64,000 nt of DNA from Candidatus Segetimicrobium genomatis. GTDB taxonomy: Bacteria > Sysuimicrobiota > Sysuimicrobiia > Sysuimicrobiales > Kaftiobacteriaceae. Below, in pieces: positions 26,844 to 34,924 of the stretch; the first letter of the stretch is position 1, and each line of letters begins with the position of its first letter. The position numbers and the translations under genes were made by a program. Location: contig VBAP01000060.1 in the NCBI GenBank assembly GCA_005882335.1, positions 850 through 64,849 of the forward strand. Direction: 5' to 3'. Under the pieces are notes generated by a model that saw only the letters and a list, made by a program, of their open reading frames with translations, ran no database searches and had not been told where the DNA came from.

Positions 26844-27506
26844 GTGCGGCCACTAGGAGTCCTGATCGCGGAAGGGAAGGACCTCGTCGCCGGGCGCCTC
26901 ACCACCCAGCTGGAGGGCCTCGGTCATCGGGTCCTCGCCGTGACCACCGATGCTCACGCCGCTGTGGAGTCCGCTGGACGGCTGCATCCGGATCTCATAC
27001 TCATCGATCAGCACATTCCCCCTCTGGAAGGCATCGAAGCGGCTCGGGCGATTCTCGCTCGACACGTCATCCCCCTCGTGCTGCTGATCGATTACCCTTC
27101 TGCGGATCTGGTCGGGCGGGCTCAAGAGACCGGAATCCTCTCCTATCTGCTGTGGCCGGCAGATGCCACTGCGCTGGAGGCCGCCATCAACGTGGCGCTG
27201 GAGCGCTACCGAGAGCTTCAGTTCCTGTGCGCCGAATCCGGGGATCTACGGCAGGCTCTGCACGCCAGACCGGTGGTGGAACGGGCAAAAAAGATGGTGA
27301 TGCGGCGGCTGGAGTTGGGGGATGCGGACGCCTTTGCTTATCTGCGCCGCCAGAGTTGGAGTACGATGACACCCCTTCGCGAGGTGGCGGCGAACTTGCT
27401 CGCGGCCGAGCAGGTGTTGTTTGGGAAGCTCGATCTTCTTGGATGCGTTGACACGATGCTTAATGTGCTCGTGCGACCTGAGGGCGTTCCCCGCGGGGTC
27501 GCCTGA
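26844..27506 (+). CDS. ANTAR-domain response regulator (atypical receiver)
   Basis: GTG start after AGAGGAG; receiver-like fold followed by the ANTAR motif VERAKKMVM...DAFAYLRRQSW...LREVA. Confidence 0.8.
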   Translation: MRPLGVLIAEGKDLVAGRLTTQLEGLGHRVLAVTTDAHAAVESAGRLHPDLILIDQHIPPLEGIEAARAILARHVIPLVLLIDYPSADLVGRAQETGILSYLLWPADATALEAAINVALERYRELQFLCAESGDLRQALHARPVVERAKKMVMRRLELGDADAFAYLRRQSWSTMTPLREVAANLLAAEQVLFGKLDLLGCVDTMLNVLVRPEGVPRGVA

Positions 27507-27544
27507 CCTGCGCCGGCTGTGTCAGAGGCCTGAGGACGTCCCCA

Positions 27545-27856
27545 ATGGAATCTCTGGTCATGCGATTCGTCCGCGCCATCTCTGGCGGCGAGAATTCTCC
27601 CGGCGATTCCCCGAAGTTGTATATTATCATCCCCCGCCCCCACGCCTATCTCGCGGACCTGCTGGCGAAGGCGTTCGAAGGGCGTAAGGATGTCGAGATC
27701 ATCGCGGATCGGCGGCACGGCGAGCGGCGGATCCAGCAGCAGCCGGCGGTCGTCGAGCGGCGTCGCGCTGACCGGCGGAAGCCAAAAGAGGAAGTGATCG
27801 AAGTGGTGATCGGGGTGGGTGACCGCCCGAAGGGGACGCCCGAAGGGCCCGCGTAG
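27545..27856 (+). CDS. Hypothetical protein with DRR/ERR motifs
   Basis: VEIIADRRHGERR...ERRRADRR; continues the ANTAR gene's orientation. Confidence 0.6.
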   Translation: MESLVMRFVRAISGGENSPGDSPKLYIIIPRPHAYLADLLAKAFEGRKDVEIIADRRHGERRIQQQPAVVERRRADRRKPKEEVIEVVIGVGDRPKGTPEGPA

Positions 27857-28015
27857 CCATCTGCGCTGTCTGATTCGGGCCTGACCTGACCTCAGGGATT
27901 CCACGCTCCAGGGCACAGGGATTTCCCCCATCCTCCTCAGGTCCTCACGATACAGGGCCGGGCGCGCGCCAGGAAATAATTACTTCGGTTACGTCAGGCG
28001 CGGAGGGTAAGAGAC

Positions 28016-29758
28016 GTGAATACCCGATGGCGAGTGCTTGTGTTCACGATCGCGGTGCTGTGCGTGCTCAACGGGTTCGCTGCGGCACAGATCCTGCCGC
28101 TCCCCCTTCCCCCACTGCCCCAGCCGATCGTCTCCACCGCCGCCATTGATCCGATCCTGCAGCAGATGCTTCAGACGGCTTCGCTCGGACAGATCATTGA
28201 GGCCGTGCTCACCTTCGACCACGTCCCGACCGCCGCCGACCTGTCCGCCGTGACCAGCACGGGCGTCGACGTGGCGCGGTTCAGCGTGCTCCCCATGATC
28301 GGGGTGCGAGGCACGAACACGCAGATTCTTGCCCTGCTGGGACTCTCCGGGCTGCGGTCCGCCTACGCCAACCGCCAGCTCAGCTACTTCCTGAATCAAA
28401 GCGTGCCGCTGATTGGCGCGGATCGAGTGTGGAACGAGCTGGGCATCACGGGGAAAGGCGTCACTATCGCCGTGATCGATACCGGGATCGATGCGACTCA
28501 TCCGGATCTGCCGTATGGGGAGAAGGTCATTCAAAATGTGAAGATCGCGCCCGATCTCTTCGGGACAGGCTCGATCGTGGTGGAAGGACTCGCCAACACG
28601 GACACCACCAGCGGACACGGCACCCACGTGTCTTCGATCGCGGCGGGCACCGGTGCCGCGCTGGCCGGCAAATACCGCGGCGTGGCCCCCGGAGCCAAAC
28701 TTGTGGGCGTCGGGGCCGGCGACGTCATCGTCATTCTAAGCGCGCTGGAGGGTTTCGATTGGGTGCTGGCCAACCGCGCACGCTACGCGATCCGGATCAT
28801 CTCCAACAGCTGGGGAACCACAGGTTCCTTCTCCGCCGATGATCCGATCAATGTGGCCAGCAAGATGGCGCACGATGCCGGCATGACCGTCGTCTTCGCC
28901 GCCGGCAACTCCGGTCCGGCGACGAACACCTTGAATCCGTATTGTGTCGCTCCCTGGGTGATCTGCGTCGCCGCTGGAGCGAAAGACGGCAAGACGCTGG
29001 CTGACTTCTCATCGCGGGGAATTCCCGCCGATGCACTCTACCATCCGACCATCACCGCCCCCGGCGTGAGCATCGCCGCGGCGCGCGCGACGACGGGTAT
29101 CTTCATCAACACCTTCTTTGCCGTCGATCTCCTTGCGCTGGGGACCGACGCCATCTATTACGCCGTGGCCAGCGGCACCAGCATGGCCACCCCGCACGTG
29201 GCGGGGACCGCGGCGCTGATGCTGGAGGCCAATCCGGGCCTGACTCCCGACGGGGTGAAGGCGCTGCTCCAAACGAGCGCCACGCCTATGCCGGGCTACG
29301 CGGTGCACGAGGTCGGCGCCGGGTACCTAAACGCGTACAACGCCGTGACAGGGGCCATTCGGCCGTCGGTCACCCGCGTGGAAGACAACGATCCTTCCAT
29401 CACCTACACGTCCAACTGGGTGTCCGGCAGTGATCCCAGGGCCAGTGGCGGTGGTTACACCGAGGCGTCGGCAGCAGGAGAGCGAGCCACGCTCACATTT
29501 ACGGGAACGGGCGTAACCTGGATCGGCTTCCGCTATTCGTTTGGCGGAATTGCGCGAGTGTATGTGGACGGAGTCTTTGCGGCCGAGGTTGATGCATATG
29601 CCGCGACGGAGCCGGAGCAGGCTGAGATCTTTTCGTCCGCCGGTCTCGCGCCGGGAACGCACACGCTGGCCATCGAGGTCACCGGGACTCACAATCCACT
29701 CGCACCCTCTAGCAGCGCCTATTGGATTGTGGTTGATGCGTTCGACGTCACACACTGA
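28016..29758 (+). CDS. Secreted S8 (subtilisin-like) serine peptidase with a C-terminal beta-sandwich domain
   Basis: Catalytic motifs IDTGID, GHGTHV, AAGNSG, SGTSMATPHVAG; signal peptide; C-terminal VEDNDPSITY...TFTGTGV...VYVDG domain. Confidence 0.9.
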   Translation: MNTRWRVLVFTIAVLCVLNGFAAAQILPLPLPPLPQPIVSTAAIDPILQQMLQTASLGQIIEAVLTFDHVPTAADLSAVTSTGVDVARFSVLPMIGVRGTNTQILALLGLSGLRSAYANRQLSYFLNQSVPLIGADRVWNELGITGKGVTIAVIDTGIDATHPDLPYGEKVIQNVKIAPDLFGTGSIVVEGLANTDTTSGHGTHVSSIAAGTGAALAGKYRGVAPGAKLVGVGAGDVIVILSALEGFDWVLANRARYAIRIISNSWGTTGSFSADDPINVASKMAHDAGMTVVFAAGNSGPATNTLNPYCVAPWVICVAAGAKDGKTLADFSSRGIPADALYHPTITAPGVSIAAARATTGIFINTFFAVDLLALGTDAIYYAVASGTSMATPHVAGTAALMLEANPGLTPDGVKALLQTSATPMPGYAVHEVGAGYLNAYNAVTGAIRPSVTRVEDNDPSITYTSNWVSGSDPRASGGGYTEASAAGERATLTFTGTGVTWIGFRYSFGGIARVYVDGVFAAEVDAYAATEPEQAEIFSSAGLAPGTHTLAIEVTGTHNPLAPSSSAYWIVVDAFDVTH

Positions 29759-29991
29759 CGCGATGCCCGCCGCGTCGGGAGTTTTCCTGCCTGCCGGAAG
29801 GGAACCACCCGACTCCGTGTCAGGTCATTGCCGGCTGTACACTCGGGAGAAAGATTTTCCTGTCTCCCCTCTTCGATAGAGAGTGAATCTTCTGCGCCTC
29901 GTTCCTGGTTTTACCGGCGACTGGTCTTCGCCCGTTCGCCCTAAAGATGTAGCGGATCAGATCCACTCAGGAATCAAATGAGAGGAGGCAA

Positions 29992-30618
29992 GTGATGAGC
30001 AAGACTGAATATTTGCGGTTGAGCACCATCGCGCTCGTCATCGGGCTGACCGTGCTCGTGGCGGTACCCAGCCCGGCGAGTGCGCAACTGTCATTACTGG
30101 GAGGAGGGACGACTTCCTCGACCGGCACCAGCGCCACCGCAGTGGCGGTGACTGTGCTGGGGTCGACGACGATGCTCGCCTCGACGGGGAACCTCGCCAA
30201 CGCGACCGACGCGCTGGGTGCAGAGCTGGACAGCGCGAGCGGGGATATGGGGAGCGCAGCTGTGCTCCATGCTACGGCGATCGGCTCGGGCGATTCTGTC
30301 GCGTCCGAGGCATCGCTCGGTGACCTGGTCCTGTCGATCGCGGGCACCCAGATTACGGCGACCTCGGCGTACGCGACGGCGTTGGCCGATAGCACCGCAG
30401 GAACCAGCGGCTGGTCCAGCGTGGACGGCCTGGCGGTGAACGGTACATCGCTCGTGTCCACCGGTGAAGCGAACCAGACCATCAACCTGGGCGCCATCAC
30501 GCTGGTGCTCAATGAGGTGACGCAGACGGCGAGCGGGATCACCGTGAACGCGCTGCATATCACCTCGCTGGACGGGACCGTCGACGTGGTGGTAGCGTCG
30601 GCGACGGCGGGTCAGTGA
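29992..30618 (+). CDS. Secreted Ser/Thr/Ala-rich beta protein (choice-of-anchor P-like)
   Basis: Signal peptide; LAVNG...ANQTINL...LVLNE...ITVNALHI...VVVASATAG pattern; GAGGAGG RBS. Confidence 0.6.
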   Translation: MMSKTEYLRLSTIALVIGLTVLVAVPSPASAQLSLLGGGTTSSTGTSATAVAVTVLGSTTMLASTGNLANATDALGAELDSASGDMGSAAVLHATAIGSGDSVASEASLGDLVLSIAGTQITATSAYATALADSTAGTSGWSSVDGLAVNGTSLVSTGEANQTINLGAITLVLNEVTQTASGITVNALHITSLDGTVDVVVASATAGQ

Positions 30619-30638
30619 GGCCACAGGAGGAGACACCC

Positions 30639-31256
30639 ATGAAAAACATCATTCGGAACGCAGCAGTCTCCCTCCTGATCGGAGGGTTGATCTTGGTCAT
30701 CAGCGCTCCCGCCGGCGCGTGGCCGGAGACGATCGTGTACGATTTCATCACCGGCGGCGGGTGGTTCATCCAGCGGCCCGGTTCGTTCTCCGCCGGGTAC
30801 CGGTCGAACTTCGGATGGCACGGCGGTGCGAAGAACGGCGCCTGGTGGGGGAATGGGAACTACCTCGACCACGGCCCGATCAGCCTGCACGCACATAGCA
30901 TCGATGTCACAGGCTACCTGCGCATCGGTGATGACACCACAACCGATCCCAAGCACCCCACAGGAGTCCGTGACATCTGCGGCCATGCCTACGTCACCTA
31001 CGCCGGCGGCTCCGGCAACTTCTGGTATCGGGTCCGGATGAAGGATGCCGGCGAGCCCGGTCGCGACGACAAATTCGGGATCGCGTTGTATGCGATATCG
31101 CCTGGAGGCGGGATCGGCGGGAATGTCTACACCGCCTGGGGACAACTCAACGGTGGTGGAAATATTCAACTTCATAGGGGCAACAACTCGAATACCGGCC
31201 CCTCCACCTACATCTGCCCGCCGGCTGTCTTCGACGACACGTTCTTCTTCAGCTAA
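30639..31256 (+). CDS. Secreted protein with a post-COAP-1-like domain
   Basis: AGGAGG RBS, signal peptide; DFITGGGWF...NFGWHGG...DAGEPGRDDKFGI...GGGNIQLH. Confidence 0.55.
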   Translation: MKNIIRNAAVSLLIGGLILVISAPAGAWPETIVYDFITGGGWFIQRPGSFSAGYRSNFGWHGGAKNGAWWGNGNYLDHGPISLHAHSIDVTGYLRIGDDTTTDPKHPTGVRDICGHAYVTYAGGSGNFWYRVRMKDAGEPGRDDKFGIALYAISPGGGIGGNVYTAWGQLNGGGNIQLHRGNNSNTGPSTYICPPAVFDDTFFFS

Positions 31257-31305
31257 TCGCCTCTGACTGGCCTCGACCAGTCAGCGCGATGCGTCCGAGC
31301 ATCCT

Positions 31306-31333
31306 CCCGGGGAGCCCGCCAGGGCTCCCCGGG
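31306..31333 (+). terminator. GC-rich hairpin (12-bp stem, GCCA loop); possible terminator or stabiliser
   Basis: CCCGGGGAGCCC-GCCA-GGGCTCCCCGGG, about 50 nt after the stop at 31256; only a weak U-tract follows. Confidence 0.5.
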
Positions 31334-31420
31334 CTCGTTCCCTCTCCGGCTGGCGCTGGCCGCGTCCGTCGGACTGATTTGAAAGGCGTAGGCTCATGGG
31401 GGGTTTCCCCTATTTACGCC

Positions 31421-31434
31421 TCAGGTATTTTCCC
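31421..31434 (+). promoter_or_regulatory. Putative transcription-factor site TCAGGTATTTTCCC upstream of the NusG-paralog operon
   Basis: Exact copy of 25360-25373. Confidence 0.5.
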
Positions 31435-31779
31435 CCCCTCGCTCCGCCCGCTTTCCCGATTCTGTGGCGAAATTCTGGGAAATATCTCTTCGCAGTGAGC
31501 CTTCAAGCGTGCGAGTTCCATCCCATCGTTTCGCTGCCGGGACACTGAGCGGTACTGGGTGGGGCAGGACGGCGCGCGGGGCGGAATTCGAACGGCCGGC
31601 GCCCCCGCCGGTCATGACCGCGGAGCTCGTCACCCAAGATGCGTCGTCCACCTCACCTAGCCGGAGATGCTCATGGTGGCGTCTGGACTCCCAGCCGTGG
31701 CGCGCGGTGGTTCACGGTGAGTTGACCACGACGCGCTCTGACTCGCGACGGCCTCGTACCCTTCAAGATCGATTCCAGG

Positions 31780-32433
31780 ATGGACGAGTCGCGGGGGAAA
31801 AATTACGACGGCGTCATGCCAAGCGCGAGGTTTGAGCCTGATGCGGCACAAACCGAAGGGGGCGAAGCCTTGTCAACTGTAAGAACCGCTGCGATCCCAG
31901 ACGCCACAGCGCCTCGCAGCGCCGCCACACCGAGCGCTCAGTGGTACGCGCTGTGGACGCGCAGCCACACGGAACGGCTCGTCTACGAGCAGCTGGCCGC
32001 GAAAGGGTTCGACGCGTTTTTGCCGACTGCGGAGGTATGGTCGTGGCGCGCCGGGGCCCGTCATCGCATTCAGGTGCCCATGTTCCCCGGCTACCTGTTT
32101 CTCCGGCACGCCATGGATAAGGCGGGATACATCGAGGTGCGCAAAGTCCGGGGCCTGGTCTCCATACTGGGGGAGTCCTGGGATCGTCTGGCCGCCATAC
32201 CGGACCGTGAAATCGACGCGATTCAGACCGTGGTGGGAGCTGGGCTTCCCGTGCTCCCGCATATCTATCTGCGCGAAGGGCAGCGCGTCCGGATCACCCG
32301 AGGGCCGCTCGCCGATGTCGAGGGCATCCTGGTGCGGCAGAACCCCAATCAAGGCTTGCTCGTTCTCTCGGTCGATCTGCTGCATCGGAGTGTCGCGGTC
32401 GAGGTGGACTGTACCTGGGTCGTGCCCGTGTAA
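31780..32433 (+). CDS. NusG paralog (RfaH/UpxY-like antiterminator)
   Basis: WYALWTRSHTE...FLP...PMFPGYLF NGN domain; KOW GQRVRITRGPLADVEG; first gene of a polysaccharide operon. Start position uncertain. Confidence 0.88.
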   Translation: MDESRGKNYDGVMPSARFEPDAAQTEGGEALSTVRTAAIPDATAPRSAATPSAQWYALWTRSHTERLVYEQLAAKGFDAFLPTAEVWSWRAGARHRIQVPMFPGYLFLRHAMDKAGYIEVRKVRGLVSILGESWDRLAAIPDREIDAIQTVVGAGLPVLPHIYLREGQRVRITRGPLADVEGILVRQNPNQGLLVLSVDLLHRSVAVEVDCTWVVPV

Positions 32434-32492
32434 AGGACGAGATACGCACACGCGTCTTCGTCTCTCAACCCTATCAATAGGAGTTCCTGCAT

Positions 32493-34055
32493 ATGCAAAA
32501 CGCAGCACAGACAACCTCCCCTCTTGAAGCGGCACTAGCCGTGTGGCACCGCAGAAAGTGGCTGGGGCTGCTGGCGTTTGCGATTCCTCTCGCCGCCACC
32601 GCCGGGATGACGAGGAGCCTCCCGGACCTGTACGCCGCCCCAGCCACCGTGCTCGTGGAGCATCAGCAGGTGTCTGACCGCCTGGTGGGCCCGTCCATGG
32701 CCGACGAACTCGAGACCCGGCTCCAGACGATCAGCCAGGAGATCCTCAGTCGGGCCAGGCTGCAACAACTGATCGATCGGTTCGGCCTCTATCCGGACCC
32801 TAAGCACCAGGACACGCCGGAGTCCCGGGTCGAGCGGATGCGCCGCGACATCCAGCTGCAATTTACCGCGGGCCGAGAATCGACCGGGCGCGATACCACC
32901 ATCGCGTTCACGATCAGCTATCGAGGGCAGGATCCTCAGACCGTCGCCCAGGTGACGAACGCGCTCGCCGCGCTCTACCTGGAGCGGAACGAGAGCAGGC
33001 GCGAGCAGCAGACGGCCAGCACGGTGGAGTTCCTGCAGGCGCAGCTGGACGACCTTCAACAGCAGCTGGCCGCGCAGGAACGGCTGGTGAACGAGTTCAA
33101 GGCGAGCCACCCCGGCGAACTGCCGGAGCAGCAGGCGGCGACGCTGGCGGCGCTGCAACGGCTCAATGCGCAGCTGAGCCTGGACCTGGACAGAGAGCAG
33201 CGGCTGACTCATCAGCGGGAGGAGCTGGTCCGGCAGATGACCGCCTCCTCCACCGGCGGGGCGTCCGATGATCCCATGACCCAGCTGGCGAGGCTCCGCC
33301 AGCAACTGGCCGACCTCCGGACGCGGTTCACCGAAGAGCATCCGGACGTGGTGAGGGTGAAATCGCAGATCGCCGCCCTGGAGCGCCAGCTCGCCGACGC
33401 GAAGGTGCATCAGAGCAGTCCTGTGGGGTCGACCGACCCGGTGGCCCGTCAGCTTCAAGGCGAGCTGACTCGAGTGGAGACTGAACTTCGCACCCTGCGG
33501 GACGAGGAGCAGGCTCTGCGCCGTTCGATCGCCGACTATGAACGGCGGGTCGAGAATGCTCCCCGGCGTGGGCAAGAGCTTCAGCAAATCTCGGCAGATT
33601 ATGAAGCCCTCAAGGAACGCGTTCAGTCGGTGCGCCGGCGATACGAGGATGCGCAACTGGCCGAGCGCGCAGAGCAGGGCCAGGGGGGTGAACAGTTTCG
33701 CATCCTGGATCCCGCGGTCCCCCCCACGTTGCCGGTGGCGCCGAACCGCTTCCGGCTTCGGCTGGCGGGACTCTTACTGTCCATCGCCCTTGCGTCGGGG
33801 CTCGTGGCCCTGGTCGATTCACGCGACACCTCCTTCCATACGGTCGACGACCTGCGCGCCGCGAACAGCGCGCCGGTGATCGTCACCATTCCTCCAATCG
33901 TGACACGCGCCGACGTTTGGAGCCGGCGCTGGCAGTTCGCGCTGGCTAGCGCGGCGACAGTGGTCGGCGCGGCCATCATCGCCATCGCCGCCTCCCATTT
34001 CGCCCGCGGCAACGAGGCCCTGGTGCGTCTCCTCACACCGGGCCGCTTTTTCTGA
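32493..34055 (+). CDS. Polysaccharide co-polymerase / chain-length determinant (GumC/Wzc N-terminal part)
   Basis: Two TM segments flanking a long coiled coil; FTEEHPDVV; ILDPAVPPTLPVAPNR. Confidence 0.88.
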   Translation: MQNAAQTTSPLEAALAVWHRRKWLGLLAFAIPLAATAGMTRSLPDLYAAPATVLVEHQQVSDRLVGPSMADELETRLQTISQEILSRARLQQLIDRFGLYPDPKHQDTPESRVERMRRDIQLQFTAGRESTGRDTTIAFTISYRGQDPQTVAQVTNALAALYLERNESRREQQTASTVEFLQAQLDDLQQQLAAQERLVNEFKASHPGELPEQQAATLAALQRLNAQLSLDLDREQRLTHQREELVRQMTASSTGGASDDPMTQLARLRQQLADLRTRFTEEHPDVVRVKSQIAALERQLADAKVHQSSPVGSTDPVARQLQGELTRVETELRTLRDEEQALRRSIADYERRVENAPRRGQELQQISADYEALKERVQSVRRRYEDAQLAERAEQGQGGEQFRILDPAVPPTLPVAPNRFRLRLAGLLLSIALASGLVALVDSRDTSFHTVDDLRAANSAPVIVTIPPIVTRADVWSRRWQFALASAATVVGAAIIAIAASHFARGNEALVRLLTPGRFF

Positions 34056-34081
34056 TGGCGCGAGCGAGCGCCGCCTAGCAG

Positions 34082-34924
34082 ATGCCACCCGGCGAATCAA
34101 CCCACACGAGGTCCGCCGCCACGGTCGTCGTCTCGACCGACCGGCCCGAATGGCGGATGAGGGCCGTGGATCAGCACCTGGTCAGCTTCCTCGACCCCAC
34201 GTCCTATGAGGCCGATCAGTACCGCGCGCTGCGCTTGGTGATCGAACAGATACACAGCCACCGGAAGACGATCGCCGTGACCAGCGCCGTCGCCGGCGAC
34301 GGCAAGACCACTACCGCGCTCAATCTCGCCGGGGCGTTAGCCCATGCCCCGGACACACGGATCCTCGTCGCAGATTTCGACTTGCGGACGCCATCGGTCG
34401 GCGCTCGCCTGGGGTTGACCGCACAGAGTCCCGGGCTGGTGGACCTGATCCTCGATCAGGACCTGGTCCCCGATGACGTCGTCCAATGGCATCCGCAGTT
34501 CCGCCTCGCGGTCCTGCCGGCGGGCCGCCCCCTGGCGGTGACGTATGAACTCCTCAAGTCGCCGCGGCTGGCAGCGATCCTGCAGGACGCGCGACGGCAA
34601 TATGACTATGTGGTGCTGGATACGCCGCCACTGGTGCCGGTGCCGGACTCCCGGTTGATCGCCGACCACGTGGACGGTTTCGTGATGGTCGTCGCCGCGC
34701 ACAGGACGCCCCGTCTGCTCTTCCAGGATGCCCTGAAGCTGGTGGATCCTGCCAAGCTGATCGGCCTCGTGTTCAACGGAGACGACCGCCCGCGATCCCG
34801 CTACTACTACGGCTACTACTATGGCTACGGTCGCCGGCAGGCCAGGGAGAGTCGGATGGCGGACAAGATCCGGAGGTTTCTGAGCCGGCGGCGTGGGCCG
34901 CGATCTGGCCGATCACACGACTAA
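34082..34924 (+). CDS. CpsD/CapB family BY-kinase
   Basis: YRALR, Walker A SAVAGDGKTT, ADFDLR, VLDTPP; Tyr cluster RYYYGYYYGYG. Confidence 0.9.
   Translation: MPPGESTHTRSAATVVVSTDRPEWRMRAVDQHLVSFLDPTSYEADQYRALRLVIEQIHSHRKTIAVTSAVAGDGKTTTALNLAGALAHAPDTRILVADFDLRTPSVGARLGLTAQSPGLVDLILDQDLVPDDVVQWHPQFRLAVLPAGRPLAVTYELLKSPRLAAILQDARRQYDYVVLDTPPLVPVPDSRLIADHVDGFVMVVAAHRTPRLLFQDALKLVDPAKLIGLVFNGDDRPRSRYYYGYYYGYGRRQARESRMADKIRRFLSRRRGPRSGRSHD

Noticed and set aside
31548..31560. GAGCGGTACTGGG as a possible ops/JUMPstart element
   Set aside because: It matches GGCGGTAGnnTG only partly and could be chance in GC-rich DNA.
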